In this document: positions 34,491-36,820 of the stretch, in pieces
Numbering within the stretch: the stretch's first letter is position 1
Layout of the letters: each line of letters begins with the position of its first letter
From: Octopus bimaculoides
Taxonomy: Eukaryota
Assembly: GCF_001194135.2 (NCBI RefSeq)
Contig: NC_068981.1
Span: 89,398,798-89,435,617, forward strand
DNA length: 36,820 nt
Direction: 5' to 3'
The notes under the pieces: generated by a model
Database searches by the model: none
What the model saw: the letters and a program-made list of their open reading frames with translations, nothing else
What the model was told of the DNA's origin: nothing
Position numbers and translations under genes: made by a program

Positions 34491-35949
34491 CGAGCAAGAA
34501 TATTTTTTTCGCCGTTGTAACACTTTTGCCAGGTCGACTCCTCGGAAAATATTCGTATAATAAAAACAAAGGAAGAAAGCTAAAATCGTGTTCTGTATCA
34601 AAATGCTGTACACCTGGTATTATAAAGAAGAAGAATTTTTCTTAGAAGGTTAGAATTGATTTAGAATAATGCAATGTCTGAATCAGTAATATCGTAGTAC
34701 CAGCACGGAGTCACACAAAGTCATTTCAAGAATCTTGCAGACCAAATTCAAGACCAAAATATTCAAGAAATACCTGTATGTTATGGAGAATATTTCCTGT
34801 AAGCTGAAGTTTCCCGACAGAAAAACATCAACTTGAATCTAAGGATGACGGGTCAGAAACCGACTTTCTTACAATAGTCATGACGTTTATGTGAGAAGCC
34901 GATACACACTTTCAAAGGTTGATAAATAATTCAACAAGGTGTCTGTGTTTAAGGTTTATAGAATACATTAACACACGCTTACATGTTACTAAACTAGATA
35001 TTCCGCTTTACCTTAAAACTTATAGCATTGTCATAATACAATTCTTTCGGCAATATGAAACAATGTCTAATACTGAACCATCAAGCGCGCACACAATTAT
35101 GTGTACATGTATGTGTGCGTGTGTGTGTTTGTATGTGTGTGTAAAAATGCTGAATATCTGTTTCACGCAAAGTATATTGCGCTCCATGCATAATTCCGTG
35201 TTAATATATTTATCTAAATTTGAAAGTTCTTTCAAGTGAATTCTTGTCCGAATCATATTATATAACATCAAACGTAATACCTGATCTATGAAACCGTGAC
35301 AGTATTTTTTTTACTTTTTTACCAAAGCAATCTTCATGTAAATTCTTCGAAACACGAAACTAAACAGACTCAAAGAAAACCTGTCTACTTGGAACATCTT
35401 TCATAAATAATTTATAACGTCAGAGACAGTTATTTCGTAATTGCAGTGTTCTAAAGTTGATATGTTTTTTTAAAACCACTAAATTAAAAGGAATTTATTT
35501 TTAAAAGGCATGACTGTAGATGTAATTATAAAATAATATTCATGACATATAACACAAGCATATTCCCAGGCTCAATTATTTAAATATATTCTTTAACCTA
35601 GAAAATATCATTTCAAAAGTCTGCTTTATCATTCAGAATGCATAATTGCCGAATCGACGTAAAAAGAAATTGAGTTTTATCATTGCAAATTGTCAGTGAA
35701 ATAATGACTATTATCACTACAGTTATCATTACTAATAACACCATAATTATCATTAGCAATATCAAATTAATATAACCATTTTTGTTATCATTTTTTGACA
35801 ATTGTGGACGTTAATTATCATAGAAAACTTGTTCAACTGCTTGCTCCCATTTTGTTTGTATTTCGATTTCCCTCTGCACAAGTCGCTCCCATATTGCAGC
35901 AATACAAAAGACATAGATACTATTTCTCATTTATCTTGTTCTTCGTCTA

Positions 35950-35950
35950 G

Positions 35951-35988
<38 letters not shown>

Positions 35989-36064
35989 CTTCTTCTTCTT
36001 CTTCTTCTTCTTCTTCTTCTTCTTCTTCTTCTTCTTCTTCTTCTTCTTCTTCTTCTTCTTCTTC
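35950..36064. repeat. Compound (GTT)n-(CTT)n microsatellite
   Basis: Read directly from the sequence. Confidence 0.98.
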
Positions 36065-36504
36065 AAATGCAAAATTCCCATTGCAGTCACGCTTATTGCA
36101 CAAAACCACTAAAAACATAGAAGCCCATCTACACACATTCACATACTTAGCTATATCGAGTACTCTGTTACTTCTACTAAATATTAATGAAAATATACAT
36201 ACACTCATATTCTTAATTCTATTTTTCGTGTTTGCATCAACATACATGTAACTGTATAATTATATATCGGTGCATGTGGGTATGTGAGCGCGTACTTCTG
36301 CATCTATGTGCGTGATTGTGTTTGTGTGTTTGTTCCTACGCAAATATATTGTCATCGCCAACATCTTGGCACTTTATCTTCGTGTCCAAGACAGCTCATT
36401 CATCACTAGCAAAAGTTCAATTGTAGACATTTATAAATCATCGACTTTACATATACTCAAACAAGAACTGTGGTACTGTTTATCTACAGGTCATCGTTGA
36501 ATAT

Positions 36505-36720
36505 ATACTCTTTTACTCTCTTTTACTCTTTTACTTGTTTCAGTCATTTGACTGCGGCCATGCTGGAGCACCGCCTTTAGTCGAGCAAATCGACCCCTGG
36601 ACTTATTCTTTGTAAGCCTAGTACTTATTCTATCGGTCTCTTTTGCCGAACCGCTAAGTTACCGGGACGTAAACACACCAGCATCGGTTGTCAAGCGATG
36701 GTGGGGGACAAACACAGACA
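36505..36720 (-). mobile_element. SINE, well preserved
   Basis: (CTCTTTTA)n tail, then TTTCAGTCATTTGACTGCGGCCATGCTGGAGCACCGCCTTTAGTCGAGCAAATCGACCCC...CCGCTAAGTTACCGGGACGTAAAC. It is homologous to 21131-21330. Confidence 0.85.
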
Positions 36721-36778
36721 CACAAACACACCCACATACCCACACCCACACACACACACTCACACACACACACACACG

Positions 36779-36820
<42 letters not shown>
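36721..36820. repeat. (CA)n then (TA)n microsatellite
   Basis: Read directly from the sequence. Confidence 0.97.

Noticed and set aside
34762-34815. 30-nt candidate micro-exon LTGNILHNIQ on the minus strand (LRR-like)
   Set aside because: The acceptor is weak and the peptide is too short to distinguish from chance without RNA data.

Overview
This is eukaryotic, AT-rich, repeat-dominated genomic DNA from a draft assembly with five N gaps. The SINE and microsatellite repertoire looks like octopus or another coleoid cephalopod; that is my recognition, not a search result. I find no intact protein-coding gene, tRNA, rRNA or CRISPR array. The window is a graveyard of decayed mobile elements. It holds five Penelope-like element (PLE) remnants (four Penelope/Poseidon-like, one near-full-length Neptune-like), two R4/Dong-like LINE fragments abutting (AAT)n tracts, an internally deleted Helitron plus a second Helitron 3' end, two convergent L1/Tx1-like LINEs fused tail to tail, an RTE-like 3' fragment, a DD37D/maT-like transposon, many SINE pieces and simple repeats. 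The most notable observation is a nested structure: a Dong-like LINE sits inside the Asn-coding (AAT)n linker of a PLE, suggesting that one retroelement family supplies the target site for another. I see no evidence for a wholly new gene system.
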